From NCBI RefSeq assembly GCF_018350175.1, contig NC_058368.1, positions 152,708,001-152,772,000 of the forward strand: 64,000 bases of DNA. The letters run 5' to 3'. The notes beneath the pieces are model-generated. The model worked only from the letters and a program-made list of their open reading frames with translations. It did no database searches and was not told the origin of the DNA. Source of the DNA: Felis catus. Taxonomy: Eukaryota. The position numbers and the translations under genes are program-made. Positions 49,255 through 62,141 of this stretch are shown piece by piece (the stretch's first letter is position 1; each line of letters begins with the position of its first letter).

Positions 49255-49371
49255 TCAATATGATATTTTTAGACAGAAAGTGTTCATACTCGGCACCCAT
49301 TATTGTTTAAGAATTCATTTCTCTGGTCCTTCTCTGTCTGTGTTTTAATGTTTAATAAATAGATCATGTTA

Positions 49372-49506
49372 GGTGTTGTCAGTACAGAGCCTGCTTGGGA
49401 TTCTCTGTCTCCCTCTCTCTCTGCCCCTTCCCTGGTCACCTGTGCATGCATGCTTGCATTCTCTGTCTCTCTCTCCCTCAAAAGTAAATAAACATTTTTA
49501 AAAAAG
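49372..49506 (+). mobile_element. 5'-truncated CanSINE
   Basis: Starts at TGTCAGTACAGAGCCTGC; TSD gatcatgtta. Confidence 0.85.
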
Positions 49507-49636
49507 GAAGTGGATCATGTTAAATAGTAACTTCAATTAAATATAATTTAATTGGCTATTTTATTTTCTTCTGGTAAGTGGTAAGTAATTTCTGTATGCC
49601 TCATTGCTTCATGCCTCTGGATTTTTACATTTATAG

Positions 49637-49817
49637 GTTCTGAATATATATGTTCTTGATGATGATATTCCTGAGCTTAATGAGTATTTCCGTGTGACGC
49701 TGGTTTCTGCAATTCCTGGAGATGGGAAGCTGGGATCCATCCCCACCAGTGGTGCAAGCATAGACCCTGAAAAGGAAACAACAGATATCACCATCAAAGC
49801 TAGTGATCACCCATATG
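49637..49817 (+). CDS. ADGRV1: ADGRV1 coding exon (~exon 23), 181 nt, phase 0-1
   Basis: ttatag|GTT..ATG|gtaacc; VLNIYVLDDDIPELNEYFRV..ASDHPY. Confidence 0.95.
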
Positions 49818-50729
49818 GTAACCAAGCCCTCCTGGAAGAAGAATGCTCTCTTCTCCGGGTATATTTGGTCTAGTGAAGAACTTCTGAAGGGATATTTTGC
49901 AGATGATTGCAATTGAACTTCTTTGGGTCCTCTAACTTGTGGGCTCTTGAAATTCTAAGCTGCCATTTTGAGGGACATTGTTTATAAAAGAAAATACAGA
50001 GATCAATTTCTGAAGTTTACAAACATATTTTGAAAGGTATATACAGGATTATTTAAAACAAAAAAAAGTACTTTCATTCATGGCTTTCAAAATTTTTTTA
50101 TTTAAAAAATTATCTTCTAGTGATATGTTAACAACTAATTAATTGAAATACTTTGTAATTTATATTTTACTGGCTTAAAGAAGTGAAGTTATCACTGTCT
50201 GTTTATATTAATTTCTTTTTGTGCTGCAAAGTGATAATTTTCTTAATTGTGGAGTTACCACAGATATCTGTCCTAACAAATTGAGACTGTTATTCTATAT
50301 TGAAAATTAATAGTTTTGGGGGGGGTGGAATAAAGCAAGAAAAACTAGTAAGAGTTCTGTGTAGGGAACCTGAGAGGCTCTTGAACTCTGATTTTACAGT
50401 TAAATTTTTCTTAAATGGGTGGCAAATCCTTTAGGGAGGCATTTATTATGTTCTGCTCTAAGTTTAAGAATGAATTCTAGAGACTCAAATATGAGATTCT
50501 TTGGGTAGAGACAAAGAAAATTTTAACTTATATTGAAAACTTAACACATTCTGTGTCAAAAGCATGTTAATCAAATCTTCACTGAAGTCTTTCTAAATGA
50601 AAGCTCTACGAATTTTATTCTGGTGGCCAAAATAATTGTGCAAGATTGTTTCAGATGAATTCTGAAGATGTTTCAGAAGAAATTCTTCCACAGATCACTG
50701 GGGTCAGAATGGCTGTCTGTGTCTTGCAG

Positions 50730-50932
50730 GCTTGCTGCAGTTCTCCACAGGGCTGCCCCCTGAGCCTGAGGACGCGATGACCCTGCCTGCAAGCAGCATG
50801 CCTCATGTCACTGTGCAGGAGGAAGATGGAGAAGTGAGACTATTGGTCGTCCGGGCGCAAGGACTCCTGGGGAGGGTTCTGGCGGAATTTAGAACGGTGT
50901 CACTGACAGCATTTAGTCCTGATGACTACCAG
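50730..50932 (+). CDS. ADGRV1: ADGRV1 coding exon (~exon 24), 203 nt, phase 1-0
   Basis: ttgcag|GC..CAG|gtaaat; ORF 50732..51106. Confidence 0.95.
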
Positions 50933-51249
50933 GTAAATCACTTAATCCTTTGGAAGCCATATTTATCAAAGAGACTCAGTCCTTCCCTTTTGGGAGTGGA
51001 AGAGACTTGCACTGGTCCCCTGTTATACTCAACCAGCAAAATAAGTGCTGATGGATTGCTCTCTAGCCTGTTGATTTCTACAAATTCAAGTACTTCAGTC
51101 CTTTAACGCCTGACACTTAAGTAGCTCTCATACTGATAATTTCTCTTGTGTCTTATATTTGTCATAGTGTTCACTTATATTACTTATTTTAATGTCACAG
51201 ATTTTGATATATAGGGTATATATTTAAAATTCTATTTCTTAAGTGTTTT

Positions 51250-51482
51250 ATTTTTTTAATATTTTAAAAAGTTTATATTTTTGAGAGAGGGAGAGAGAGA
51301 GAGAGAGCGAGCAAGTACCAGTGGAGGAGGGGCAGAGAGAAAGGGAGACACAGAATCTGAAGCAGGCCCCAGTCTCCAAGCTGTCAGCACAGAGCCTGAT
51401 GCGGGGCTCAAACTCAAGAATTGCGAGATCATGACCTGAGCTGAAGTTGGATACTCACTTGACTGAGCCATGCAGGCACCCC
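51250..51482 (-). mobile_element. CanSINE (tandem pair 1)
   Basis: Full body. Confidence 0.9.
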
Positions 51483-51502
51483 TCTTTCTTCAACATTTAA
51501 AA

Positions 51503-51710
51503 TTTTTTTAATGTTTATTTATTTTTGATAGAGAGAGTGAGTGCATGAGCAGGGGAGGAACAGAGAGAGAAGGAGACACAGAATCTGAAGCAGGCTCCAG
51601 GATCTGAGCTGTCAGCACAGAACCTGACTTGAGGCTTGGACTCACAAACTGTGAAATCATGACCTGAGCTGAAGTCAGACACTCAACTGACTTAGCCACC
51701 CAGGTGTCCC
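51503..51710 (-). mobile_element. CanSINE (tandem pair 2)
   Basis: Full body; TSD-like ctt(c/a)aacattt. Confidence 0.9.
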
Positions 51711-51824
51711 TTAAACATTTTAAACCCTCTTGTATGCTTCCATCAAACAGGTCCAAAATTGTAAAGAAATTATATATCCATGTCATCTCCATTTGAATTA
51801 TATTTTTCTCCAAGTGAGAAATAG

Positions 51825-52030
51825 TGTGGCACTGGCAAACAGAAGCTTGGGATTTTGAGCTGGACCAGACTGGGTTTCAACTGGTCTTCTAAATGTGTGA
51901 CCTTGGGAACCTCAAATCTTCCTAACCTTAGTGTCCTTATCATTAAGAGGAGACCATGTCTACTGGGCAGAATTGCTCTGAGGATGGATGGCAGCATTTT
52001 AAGTGTCATGTACTATACATGGCACATACA
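51825..52030 (+). mobile_element. MIR fragment
   Basis: AGACTGGGTTTCAA..TGTGTGACCTTGGG..AACCTTAGTGTCCTTATC MIR core. Confidence 0.65.
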
Positions 52031-52190
52031 CAGTGACGTTGTTACCGCTGCCTATTCTTATTATCACCAGTATTCGTTCATATTAAGCAAATGCTCATGA
52101 TTTCTTCTTGGCTGTACTTTTCAGGATGTATTTTCTATCCTTCAACATCTTTATTTTCCCAAAGAGTCCTCTTTTTAAAACTTAATATTA

Positions 52191-52403
52191 GGGGCGTCTG
52201 GGTGGCCCAGTCGGTTAAGCGGCCGACTTCGGCTCAGGTCATGATCTCGCGGTCCGTGAGTTCGAGTCCCGCGTCAGGCTCTGTGCTGACAGCTCAGAGC
52301 CTGGAGCCTGCTTCAGATTCTGTGTCTCCCTCTCTTTGACCCTCCCCCATTCATGCTCTTTCTCTCTGTCTCAAAAATAAATAAACGTTAAAAAAAATTA
52401 AAA
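52191..52403 (+). mobile_element. CanSINE, young
   Basis: Intact CpGs; TSD ttaatattag. Confidence 0.94.
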
Positions 52404-53259
52404 TTTAATATTAGTTTCCCTCCTTCTTCCTAATAAGACCTGCACAATAGTTTGGAGTTCAGTAATTTGTATATAGTTTTCTGTTCAAACCTCAGAAACC
52501 TTGCCTAATAGAATTCAATTAATTTTGGCTGTAGTCCAGTGGGCAAAGTTTTCTCAGATTTCTTCTTTCTTAGACTCTTTTTCTTGGGCAGGTTCTATTT
52601 CTCTTGCCTTGACATTTATTGTATCTTTAATTAATTTGATATATAACATATTCCACAAGACATTACAGCTTAGCTTAATATTCTCTGCATTCTCTTAAAG
52701 AAATACTTTAGTCCTTATATTGGTGATCTCCAATTTCTAGTTATTCTGGAAATCCCCAATCTCCAGTTGGATTATCATTTTCTTTAATAACCAAAACAAA
52801 ATAAAGCAAAACCTATGCCCCTATGTTTCATGACAGTCAGAAAACTACTACCCTTGAAGACATTTCTGATGATTTTTAGGGTACTTGGATATCCTGTTTG
52901 TCACTGGTTTTCACTTTGAACTGTAATTTTTGCTTTTCCCTGAAAACCTGGTAACTTCTTCACTTCTCTATGATGGGTAACTCTTTCTGGTCTGCATTAG
53001 CATATAAAAGCAAGACTTTTTAGGCTGTGTGTGTGAGTATGCAAGTGTGGGGGGGGGGGGGGTGGGAAGGAGGGAAAGTGCCAGGAGGGATCCTCTACTG
53101 AAGAGGAGACAATTGCATATCAGATATCACTGTTCTTAAGCTTATTCTCATATATTGAGGTACACGTGGTCCCCACCATCCAGGTGCTTACTCCCAGCTC
53201 TTGAGAATGATATTAAATAGCTAATTAATGACTGAATCACAGTTACAGAAATGTTCAAG

Positions 53260-54290
53260 GTTGGTACTATGGGAGAGAAGTGGATATTGACATAGGGTAG
53301 TGGAGGTGGCCTTTTTTTGGGGAAGTGATACTTATGCTGAGTTCTGAAGTTTAAAGAGGAGAAAACTAGCAAACTAGATGAATCGGGAGGGAAGAACTAC
53401 TTGAGATCTCATGGTAAAATGGCATGAGTAAAATGGTTAAATGGTCCTAATGAGGAGCAGAAAGAAGACCAGTGTTTCTGGAATGTGGACAGATAGGTGT
53501 CATGATAAAAGATAAGGTAAACAAGGGCCTGAATCTTCCTAGGCCTTAGATCTTATGCTATATTTGTGCCTTATATTTTAATAGCAAGGAGAAGTAATTG
53601 AAAGGTGTTATATATTTATGAAAGATTATGAAACTGAACTGGGGAGAATGGATTGGAAGATACAGGCACTGGATGCAGAAAGGCCAGTAAGGAGTGCATT
53701 TTCTAGAACAAGGCAAAAGGTGTTAGTATTTTGGACTAGGTAGGTCATGGTGTAGATGTAAAGAAGTAGGTGGGCTCAAGAAGTGTGTCAGAGTTGAAAT
53801 GGCAGGACGTGAAGGTTGTTTATTGTAAAGGATAAAAAGAAGAAGGTGTCAAAAGTGACTCCCTAGTTCCGGGCATGAACAACTTGCTGCTATATAATTT
53901 AGTACTGTGGAGAGGATTGGGTAAGGCATAGATTTTTTAAGGGAAAATTGTGACTTAAAAATTCTGACAGAAATTATAAGAAAACTTTGAAGTAGGCATT
54001 AAGATTTAAGTCTAGATATAGGGGTTGGAGAGAGGAATTTAAGAGTTGGGAGCATATAAATAATATTAAAAGCCTAAGCCTATGGTATCCTTGTCTAGAG
54101 AGAGTCTAACAAACAGCAGTTTTTAGAGGTCACAAGGAGACTGTTAAAATCAGTAACGAATACTAAAAAGGATGAGTTAGAAAGGTAAGGAAAAATGGCG
54201 AGTGTGATATAGAATACCAGAGAAGAGCATATTTCTGGTGAGTTAATGGCTAATTGTGTAGGATATTACAAAGGTCAAGTTAAGATGGTT
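53260..54290 (+). mobile_element. L2 fragment
   Basis: Purine-rich L2-like motifs (GCAAGGAGAAGTAATTGAAAGG, GTCAAAAGTGACTCCCTAGTT); by eye only. Confidence 0.6.
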
Positions 54291-55333
54291 TCCTTAGACA
54301 GTCAAATATTATCTCTGTTGTTAACACTTGTAGAATTACTCTATTGATGATTATCCTCTAGGCAAAGTTAATTACTTCCTTCTTGAGCAAACTGTATGTA
54401 TTTTACAGCTGTTGTTATTCTATTTGAATTATTATATTACACAGTTAACATTCCTGATAGAATCTTCTCCATCTCGCTAGAGATTTGTCTTGGTTATTTT
54501 TGAATTCCACGCATTTAAAATGGTGCCATTGTACATGCTGTGCATTTGGTAAATATTTTTAAAAAGTAAATAAATGAATAAGTAAATTGGTACTTGGGTT
54601 TCTTAATTTAGCTTTAAGGCCATTAATAGCTCCTGAGAATGTAATATAGTTTGTCCATGCAAACTAACACTAGAAAAATTTGAACAACTTTAAGGTGTAT
54701 TCTCATGTCTTGAGGGGACAGTGTTTTTTTTTTTTTTAAGAGATAATGAAGATTGGAGTAAAAAAGGACTGTAAGACTTTGAATTTAAATAACTTTTTGT
54801 TTTTCCTGTAGTATGTGAACTTTTGTGATGGGAGATCTATCTGTATGATGAATTGCAGTTGCAAGTACAATCAAGAAAATGTTAATGTCCAGTAGACTGA
54901 TATTTATTGTTTGGAGAAATTCTCAGAATGAAAACACCAAAATGCTGTTGTTAGGCACTGAGTAATTACATTACTCAATGATATAATTTGAATAGGTCTA
55001 AATATACTTGTCAAGAGACATGTGCATTGAATTAATTTAGGAATTTGTGGTTTTCACATATTCAGATATCTCATTTGCCTTGACTGTCTTTTTGATGAAT
55101 AGCTAAACAAGAGAAATAAAAATCTATCTGCTTTATTTAGTTGTGGAGAATATTTGTTTAGAATTTGTATTGAACACTATCCATATCCACCTAAGGATTT
55201 TGAGGTTTATATTCTTATTATGTTATTCTGTTTCAGTATTTACAACAATGTGGGACATAGTAGATACTCATTGTGCACATTAATATTCAGAATAATTATA
55301 ATCTAATGGATAAATGTTTTGTTTGTATTTCAG

Positions 55334-55463
55334 AGTGTTTCTGGTACCTTAGAATTTCAACCAGGAGAAAGATACAAATACATTTCTGTTAACATCACTG
55401 ATAATTCTGTTCCTGAATTGGAAAAATCTTTTAAAGTTGAGTTATTGAACTTGGAGGGAGGAG
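55334..55463 (+). CDS. ADGRV1: ADGRV1 coding exon (~exon 25), 130 nt, phase 0-1
   Basis: tttcag|AGT..GAG|gtaagg; SVSGTLEFQPGE..LLNLEGG. Confidence 0.95.
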
Positions 55464-57584
55464 GTAAGGTGGTGACTCAAAAGTGTCATATATTTGCTTG
55501 TCCATTCACCTTGATGATAGTAGATTCCATTAAGGAAAGCAATCCTTTGAATCAATGTAACATTTTTTTAAATGAGTGAATTATTAGTTTTTGGAAAGAG
55601 CACCCTGAAGATTAATAATTACTAATATACTAATAATTGTATGGTAGGCAGTTTCTGATGGAGAGTCCCTTTCTTTTATTGGTAAAAAGAAAATTTCCAT
55701 CTTTCCACATAAAGTTAGAATATTGGTTTTAGAAATCAATATTCAACTCATAGTTGTATTTACATAGACTTTTGCTGTGAGGTTGGTTAATTCTGAGTTA
55801 ATATTTCTAACGTTTATTATAAGGACACCATCTGTTCGTATTGTTTTTTTCCCCTTTTATCACCCATTGGTCTTTTCCTAAAGTAGATGTGCTTTTAGCA
55901 TGAAGTAGTATAATTGTTCTCATTCACCAAATCATAGTTGTCATTTGTAGTAGGTGCCCCTAAAATCACATCTTTCCTTTCTCCCAATTTTGGATTTTCA
56001 TAGTAGCTCCTTCAGAGCTATTTCCACATGTAGCCCAGATAAAAACTAGTCCTTTCAGTTAATTTATTATGAGGTGATTATCAATAAAACAGGTCAGCAC
56101 TACTTTGTCTTCAATTATGATATTCAAAATCTCCAATTTTCATAGATTTTTGGAGTCAGAATTCATTTTGTGGTAAAACCCATCTGCACTGGAGAGAGGC
56201 TATTTATAGTCTTTATCCCATTTGGATGAACTATTTATATAGATTTCTTTGCAGAAGTGTTAATGTATTTGATATTCAGGTACTGCTTGGGGTGTTATAG
56301 AATATATATGATGTGCATCATATTCCCTTTATAAATGTAAGAAATTGAGAGTTGGTATGGAATCAGCAGGACATTTTCTTCCGTTACAAAACCTTGTATT
56401 ATCATCTTGTTATTATCTTCATGTTTTAGTGAAGAAAGTTACAATACTGTATAAGCCATCCAAAGGGAGAGATTGAGTAAAATAGAAATATTAAAATTGT
56501 CTTTTACTGTGTAATGAGACTTTGGAGTAAGTATGCAGAATTTCCCCACATTTCCTTTCCCTGTGTTCACAAAGCCCAGGGTGAAAGCAAAGGAGGCCAA
56601 GCCAGGAAAGGGACTAAATAGTGCCACAGGTTGGTTGACTGCATAGAACAGTATAAATATGCTGAATGGCCTTTTTTGGAGAGCGACATGTAAAAATGCC
56701 AGCCTTGTTTGTCCTCCAGAGACAATTACTCGCATGTCTGAATCATTATTTTCATGACAGGACTTCATTAATTAGAGGTCACTATAAAACAGGTGAAAAG
56801 TTGTTCTTTGTATCACTGGTAGCTAATAGTACGTATTTAATAGAGAAAATGTTAGTGATCACTATTGATTAATAAGTAACATTAAATATCTTCAGAAGTA
56901 ATATTTGTCACCATAGTGATTTTATGTAGAAACTTCTCCCCATATGTTTAGAATATGCACTGTTCTGTTACATGTTAATTGGGCATGGGTACTCATTTGA
57001 AAACCAGTCTTGCATTCTCTTAGTAAGCAATAGTGGCAGACAGTCTTCATTTTCCCCTCAGTGAGTTGGGATCGGAGGTAAAGGGATCTAGGTACCAGCT
57101 TCTATTCCCTGAGTCATAGCTAGGGACTGCCTAAGAAGTGCAGTATTGTGGGGAGTTAAATTCTTTTGATAGCCACCCACATAGATATTTTATGTTATTC
57201 AAGGTACATTGGTGTTGAACTTCACCATCTCTCATGATGTGTAGGTAATATAGGGGATGCACTGGATATTCCCTAAAATTCATTTTGTCTCTTAAGTCTC
57301 TAAGGTGATTTCAGATGTGTGATGTTGTAAATTCTCATGTCTAGTGTATCCCATTCCTGTTGAGGGGAAGAACAGAAGAGCAGGGCAGATTTTAAAATAG
57401 CATGTCATTCAGGCATATAGGTATGGATGTGGACTTTCTTCTCTTACTCCTTTTCTACTGCTACCATTACTACCCTTCCTTTCTTCTTTGTTTGTAAACA
57501 TTTGATAAATTAATGAGGGGAGTATAAGATGTATTGGAAGTGAAGGTAATACTACTTTCTCTTTATCATAGTCTTTACATATTG

Positions 57585-57760
57585 CTGAAGTACTTTATTC
57601 TTTACATTATTTGTTTGGTCTTTACAACAGTTCTGTACAAAGCAGCACATTTTGTAGGTGAGAAAACTGAGATACCAAGAGGTTTAATGACTTGCTGAAG
57701 GTTTTCCAGTGGGTATCTCTCACAGCCAGGTGTGAAGTAGACTGTTTTACACCACTTGCC
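57585..57760 (-). mobile_element. MIR fragment
   Basis: ATTTTGTAGGTGAGAAAACTGAGATACCAAGAGGTTTAATGACTTGCTGAAGGT. Confidence 0.7.
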
Positions 57761-58295
57761 GAGGCTTCTTTCTACCGTGTCAGTGGCAAAAGGGTGCTCA
57801 AGTCTGAGGATGGAAAATAAAGTGGGAATTTGAACATATGACTGGAGGGAAACGTTGGGCGCATTTCCCTAATTTTGAGTTTGATTCTTGTGAATGGTAA
57901 GGTGACTCTGTCATAGTCGTATAGGCCTAACTGTGGTTATACACAACCACAAATATTTTAAAAATATTTAAAATGTTAAAAACAATATACATTGCTTTAA
58001 GTAAGTGATTTAAAAAGAAAACTGGTCAAGTTGGCAGAAATGAGAAATAACCAATTTACAACTTATTTACATGGAATGTTTCCTAAAGCTCTGGATGAAT
58101 TTTTAATAAATTGGTAGCTTGACTAATATTATACTTTTACCATTTAAAATAATTTATTTTCTATGGAAGAATGCATGTCATTGGGTGAATATTACTACAT
58201 TTTCCTCTTTTCTGGATATGTTTTAAGAGCTCTCCATTTTCTCACTGTGTCAATGTGTATTGTGTGGGTGTGTGTGTCTCTGTCTCCTTGTGAAG

Positions 58296-58376
58296 TGACT
58301 GAATTCTTTAGGGTTGATGGCAGTGGTAGTGGTGACGGGGACATGGAATTCTTCCTTCCAACTATTCACAAACATG
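58296..58376 (+). CDS. ADGRV1: ADGRV1 coding exon (~exon 26), 81 nt, phase 1-1
   Basis: gtgaag|TG..ATG|gtaagc; (V)TEFFRVDGSGSGDGDMEFFLPTIHKH; in frame with both neighbours. Confidence 0.88.
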
Positions 58377-59745
58377 GTAAGCAGCTGTTCCAAGGCCCTG
58401 TACTAGTCTACATTTTATTTTAACTTTGTAGAGACAACAATACTAACCAATTATTTACGCCTACTATGTGCAGGTCCTTTACATGTTTTCTCATTAACCA
58501 TAACAGCAACTTTTTGAAGTATTATTTGCTCTGTGTTACAGTTACCTAGCTAGGCAAGTGATCAAGCCAGAATCAAATCCTTGCCTGCCTCCAAAGCCCA
58601 GACTTTTCTTTGTATGAACCCGATACAGTCGGTTTCCTGATTCTACTTGTAATAGAAATTTTGCTTGAATATCATTTATAAAATGATTTTTGAAAATCTT
58701 TTACATAGCTTTGAATACTTAAAAAGAGATAAATAGAACATTTATATTTTCATGTTAAATGTATCATGCTTATTTGCAAAAAGAACCAGCAGTCTTTGTA
58801 TGTAGCATTTAATCAAAATATATGGGAAAAAGAAATTAAGGAGGCAATAAATGGGGAGAATTAGTTGCCAGTCATTGGGAGGATATACTGAAAAGAGAAT
58901 GCATTTGAAGTAGATTCATATGCCAGCATGATTCAGCTTTTTACCTCAGACATTTTTTTTTGTATTGGGAGAAAACAAATAGAATACTTATTTCTAGAGG
59001 GAGAACTCTTTCTAATCTTCAGATGTTCCTTTTCACAATTTCAGGTTTTATATTTTAGGGTCAGAACTCATGTTCCTACCCCTCTCATTCCTAACTTCCA
59101 TCAATGCCTCATGGAGCCACTGTATTTCATTACTCTGTTACTTTTGGAATTCCTCATTTTTTCTTGTCTGCATATATTAATACAACATAAAAGTTGAACA
59201 TACTTCTTAGGAAATAATTCAGTACTTCTTTAGATATTGGCACCTCTTTAGTTACATGATTAGAATATTTGGGGCCAAGAGAGGTAGATCTGTAGTATTA
59301 TAATATGTTGAAAAAATAGGCCTAGAAACCAAGAATCTGTTTAGCCAGATTGATGAAAATCATAGGGAAACTCTTTCATAAAGGCAAAAGTCATTTGGCT
59401 CATGTTCTTCTGAGGTCAGCAAAGGTTGTGGGAGACTTTCCTCATATACTCCGTGTGGAAGAATGTTCTCTTTCATAGGGGAGAAAAAGAAAAACAAGTT
59501 TTCCTTATTCATCTCCAAGTGCTTATACAGCACTTGTATATCACGTTGGTGCCAAAATAGAGAAAGGTCATAAAAGCATGAATATGTGTGGCAACCATTT
59601 GTGTCTGCCTTTCTTTCTAAAACAAATTAGAACGTACTCAATGAATGGAACAACTCTTTTCAAAAAGTTGTTCCTTAGCTTTTCTTTTGGTTTGCAAATT
59701 ACTTATTAACATTTTCTTGCTATTTGTTGGAACTTATTCATGCAG

Positions 59746-59885
59746 CCAGTCTAGGAGTGGCTTCACAAATTCTAGTGACAATTGCAGCCTCTGACCATGC
59801 TCATGGTGTATTTGAATTTAGCCCTGAGTCACTCTTTGTCAGTGGAACTGAACCAGAAGATGGGTACAGCACTGTTACATTAAAT
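59746..59885 (+). CDS. ADGRV1: ADGRV1 coding exon (~exon 27), 140 nt, phase 1-0
   Basis: atgcag|CC..AAT|gtgagt; SLGVASQILVTIAASDHAHGVFEF. Confidence 0.95.
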
Positions 59886-59927
59886 GTGAGTACATTTTTT
59901 CCCTGCAGCCTTAGACATTTTGCCTAC

Positions 59928-60140
59928 TTTTATTTTTTTCCCAAAGTGTACTTATTTGAGAAAGAGAGAGTGTGTGAGCAGGGGAGGAGTGGAGAGAGGG
60001 GGAGAGAGAGAATGCCAGGCAGGCTCCTCCTTGCCAGAGCAGAGCCCAACCCAGGGCTCGAACCCATGAACCATGAGATCATGACCTGAGCCAAAACCAA
60101 GAGTCAGATGCTCAACCGACTGAGCCACCTATGCGCCCCC
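59928..60140 (-). mobile_element. CanSINE ~40 nt downstream of exon ~27
   Basis: Full body ending GCGCCCCC. Confidence 0.9.
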
Positions 60141-60389
60141 ACTTTCTTATTTTAAAACTGTTTTATTGTATTATGAAGGTGTCCTTTATGTTATTTTTTT
60201 TTTCCTTTTTAGGTAGAGGGGAATGAGCCTAGTGGTACATACAATACAAATTGATCATTGAATAGGGATTTGAATAAAGATTTGTCTTTTTATGTAGTTT
60301 TGCATATAAATTTATCTTGTGATTCTGAGGAATCATAACTCTTTAAGGAATGTAGTAGAGCTATACAAGTGATATTTTATATAGATGTT

Positions 60390-60792
60390 GTACTAATTCG
60401 CTTAGGCTGTGGTAACAAATGTCTCCTAAAGCTCAGTGGCTTAATATAACAAAGATTTGTTTTTCCACTCATGGTATATCTACAACTTAACTTAGCAGTT
60501 GTCCGTCATTGAAGGATCAAGGATACAGAGGGAACAGCTCAGTGAGTCCTTCTGTCTTCCTGGTGGTTGGTGGGGTGGGAGGGTTGTAGGGAGGGGTGGG
60601 AATGTGGATGTAGAGAGCCTCATACTGGCTCTTATAGTTTCTTGTGATTCATAACATTTCCATTTACACTTTTGTGGTCAAAGCAAGTTACATGGCAGTG
60701 CCTAATGTTAATGGGTAGAAAGATGCAATCCTATCTCATCTTTCTCCCAAAGAGAAAGAAAATCCAAAACATTTATGAACAGCACTAATAAT
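60390..60792 (+). mobile_element. MaLR (older MLT1-like) LTR
   Basis: GCTGTGGTAACAAAT..CTCAGTGGCTTAATATAACAAAGATTTGTT..GGTCAAAGCAAGTTACATGGC..TGAACAGCACTAAT. Confidence 0.75.
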
Positions 60793-60796
60793 GAAA

Positions 60797-60800
<4 letters not shown>

Positions 60801-60833
<33 letters not shown>
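60801..60833. repeat. (TG)16 microsatellite
   Basis: Read directly. Confidence 0.95.
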
Positions 60834-60835
<2 letters not shown>

Positions 60836-61393
60836 GTGTACTTCCTACACTGCTTTGTTCCAGTTAGGAATTAAGCAGAATTCTATTGTTAAGCAACTGG
60901 CATGAGCTAGAAGCTTGCTCACCTTCCTCAAATTTTATGTAAATAATGAAGAAAGATCACTCAAAACACATCCCTTAGCACTCTTGTGGCAGATATTCAA
61001 TATTAGAAAGGATAACTAATTATTCAAAAAAGAAAAAAAGAAAAGAAGGGATCAAGTTTTATAAAATTGTTGTCTTGAATGTTACTCTGATTAACATTCA
61101 GATTTAAGTATAAATAAAAATTATTATTTGGGACTTGGAGTAATTTTAAACCTCTTTACTCTTCTTAACATGTTACTGGCAAAAGCATTTCTTCTTAAAT
61201 ATATTTTATCAAACCTTGGGTGAAATACTTTTTTTGGTGAGTTTTCCATATTACATTGAAGATAAAAGGAAATAATTTGATTTCTGAAAGGATTTTCAGA
61301 AAATATCATTCATTACTCCTTACAATGAAGGGTATACCATCTTGCAGTAAAAACAAAAATATTCATGAGTGTATTTAAATATAGTAAATTATA

Positions 61394-61612
61394 GGGGCAC
61401 CTGGGTGGCTCAGTTGGTTGGGCATTTGACTCTTGATTTCAGCTCAGGTCATGTTTTCACATTTTGTGGGTTCGAGCCCCGCATTGAACTCCGCACTGGT
61501 GGTATGGAACCTGCTTGGGATTCTCCCTCTCTCTCTGCTCCTCCCCTGCTTGTGCTCTCTCTGTCTCTCTCAAAATAAATAAATAAACTGTAAAAAAAAT
61601 ATACATATATAA
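61394..61612 (+). mobile_element. CanSINE
   Basis: TSD taaattat. Confidence 0.9.
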
Positions 61613-61798
61613 TAAATTATTAATTACATTTGCTTCATTACTAATATTGCAGAAAAGATACAGCTGTAGGTAGTTTAGTTAGAAGCTAAAAATATTCAGT
61701 CAATTTGTAGCTTCATGCAACATCACTTTTTAAATTGACTCTCTGAGGGTCTTCAAAGATGGGTAGTACTTCTTCCCTGCCATCAAGAATCTTACAGT

Positions 61799-62001
61799 CT
61801 TTTTTTTAATGTTTATTTATTTTTTGGACAGAGAATGAGCAGGGGGAGGGGGAGAGAGGGGGAGAGACACAGAAGCCGAAGCAGGCTCCAGGCTCTGAGC
61901 TGTGAGCACAGAGCTCAACGTGGAGCTGAAACCCACAAGCTGGGAGATCATGAACTGAGCTGAAGTTGGACACTTAACCACCTGAGCCACCCAGGTGCCC
62001 C
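61799..62001 (-). mobile_element. CanSINE
   Basis: TSD agaatctta. Confidence 0.9.
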
Positions 62002-62141
62002 TAGAATCTTATATTATTGATAACAATTTATAAAGAATAAAATAAAAATTGAATATACTGCTATCATTCTATATTTAAAAACCTCTAAATCAATGACTTT
62101 AATCCCTCTTTTAATACATTTTACCATTAAATATCTTCTAG

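Noticed and set aside
53048..53095. Poly-G run, potential G-quadruplex
   Set aside because: Simple homopolymer deep in an intron; no evidence of function
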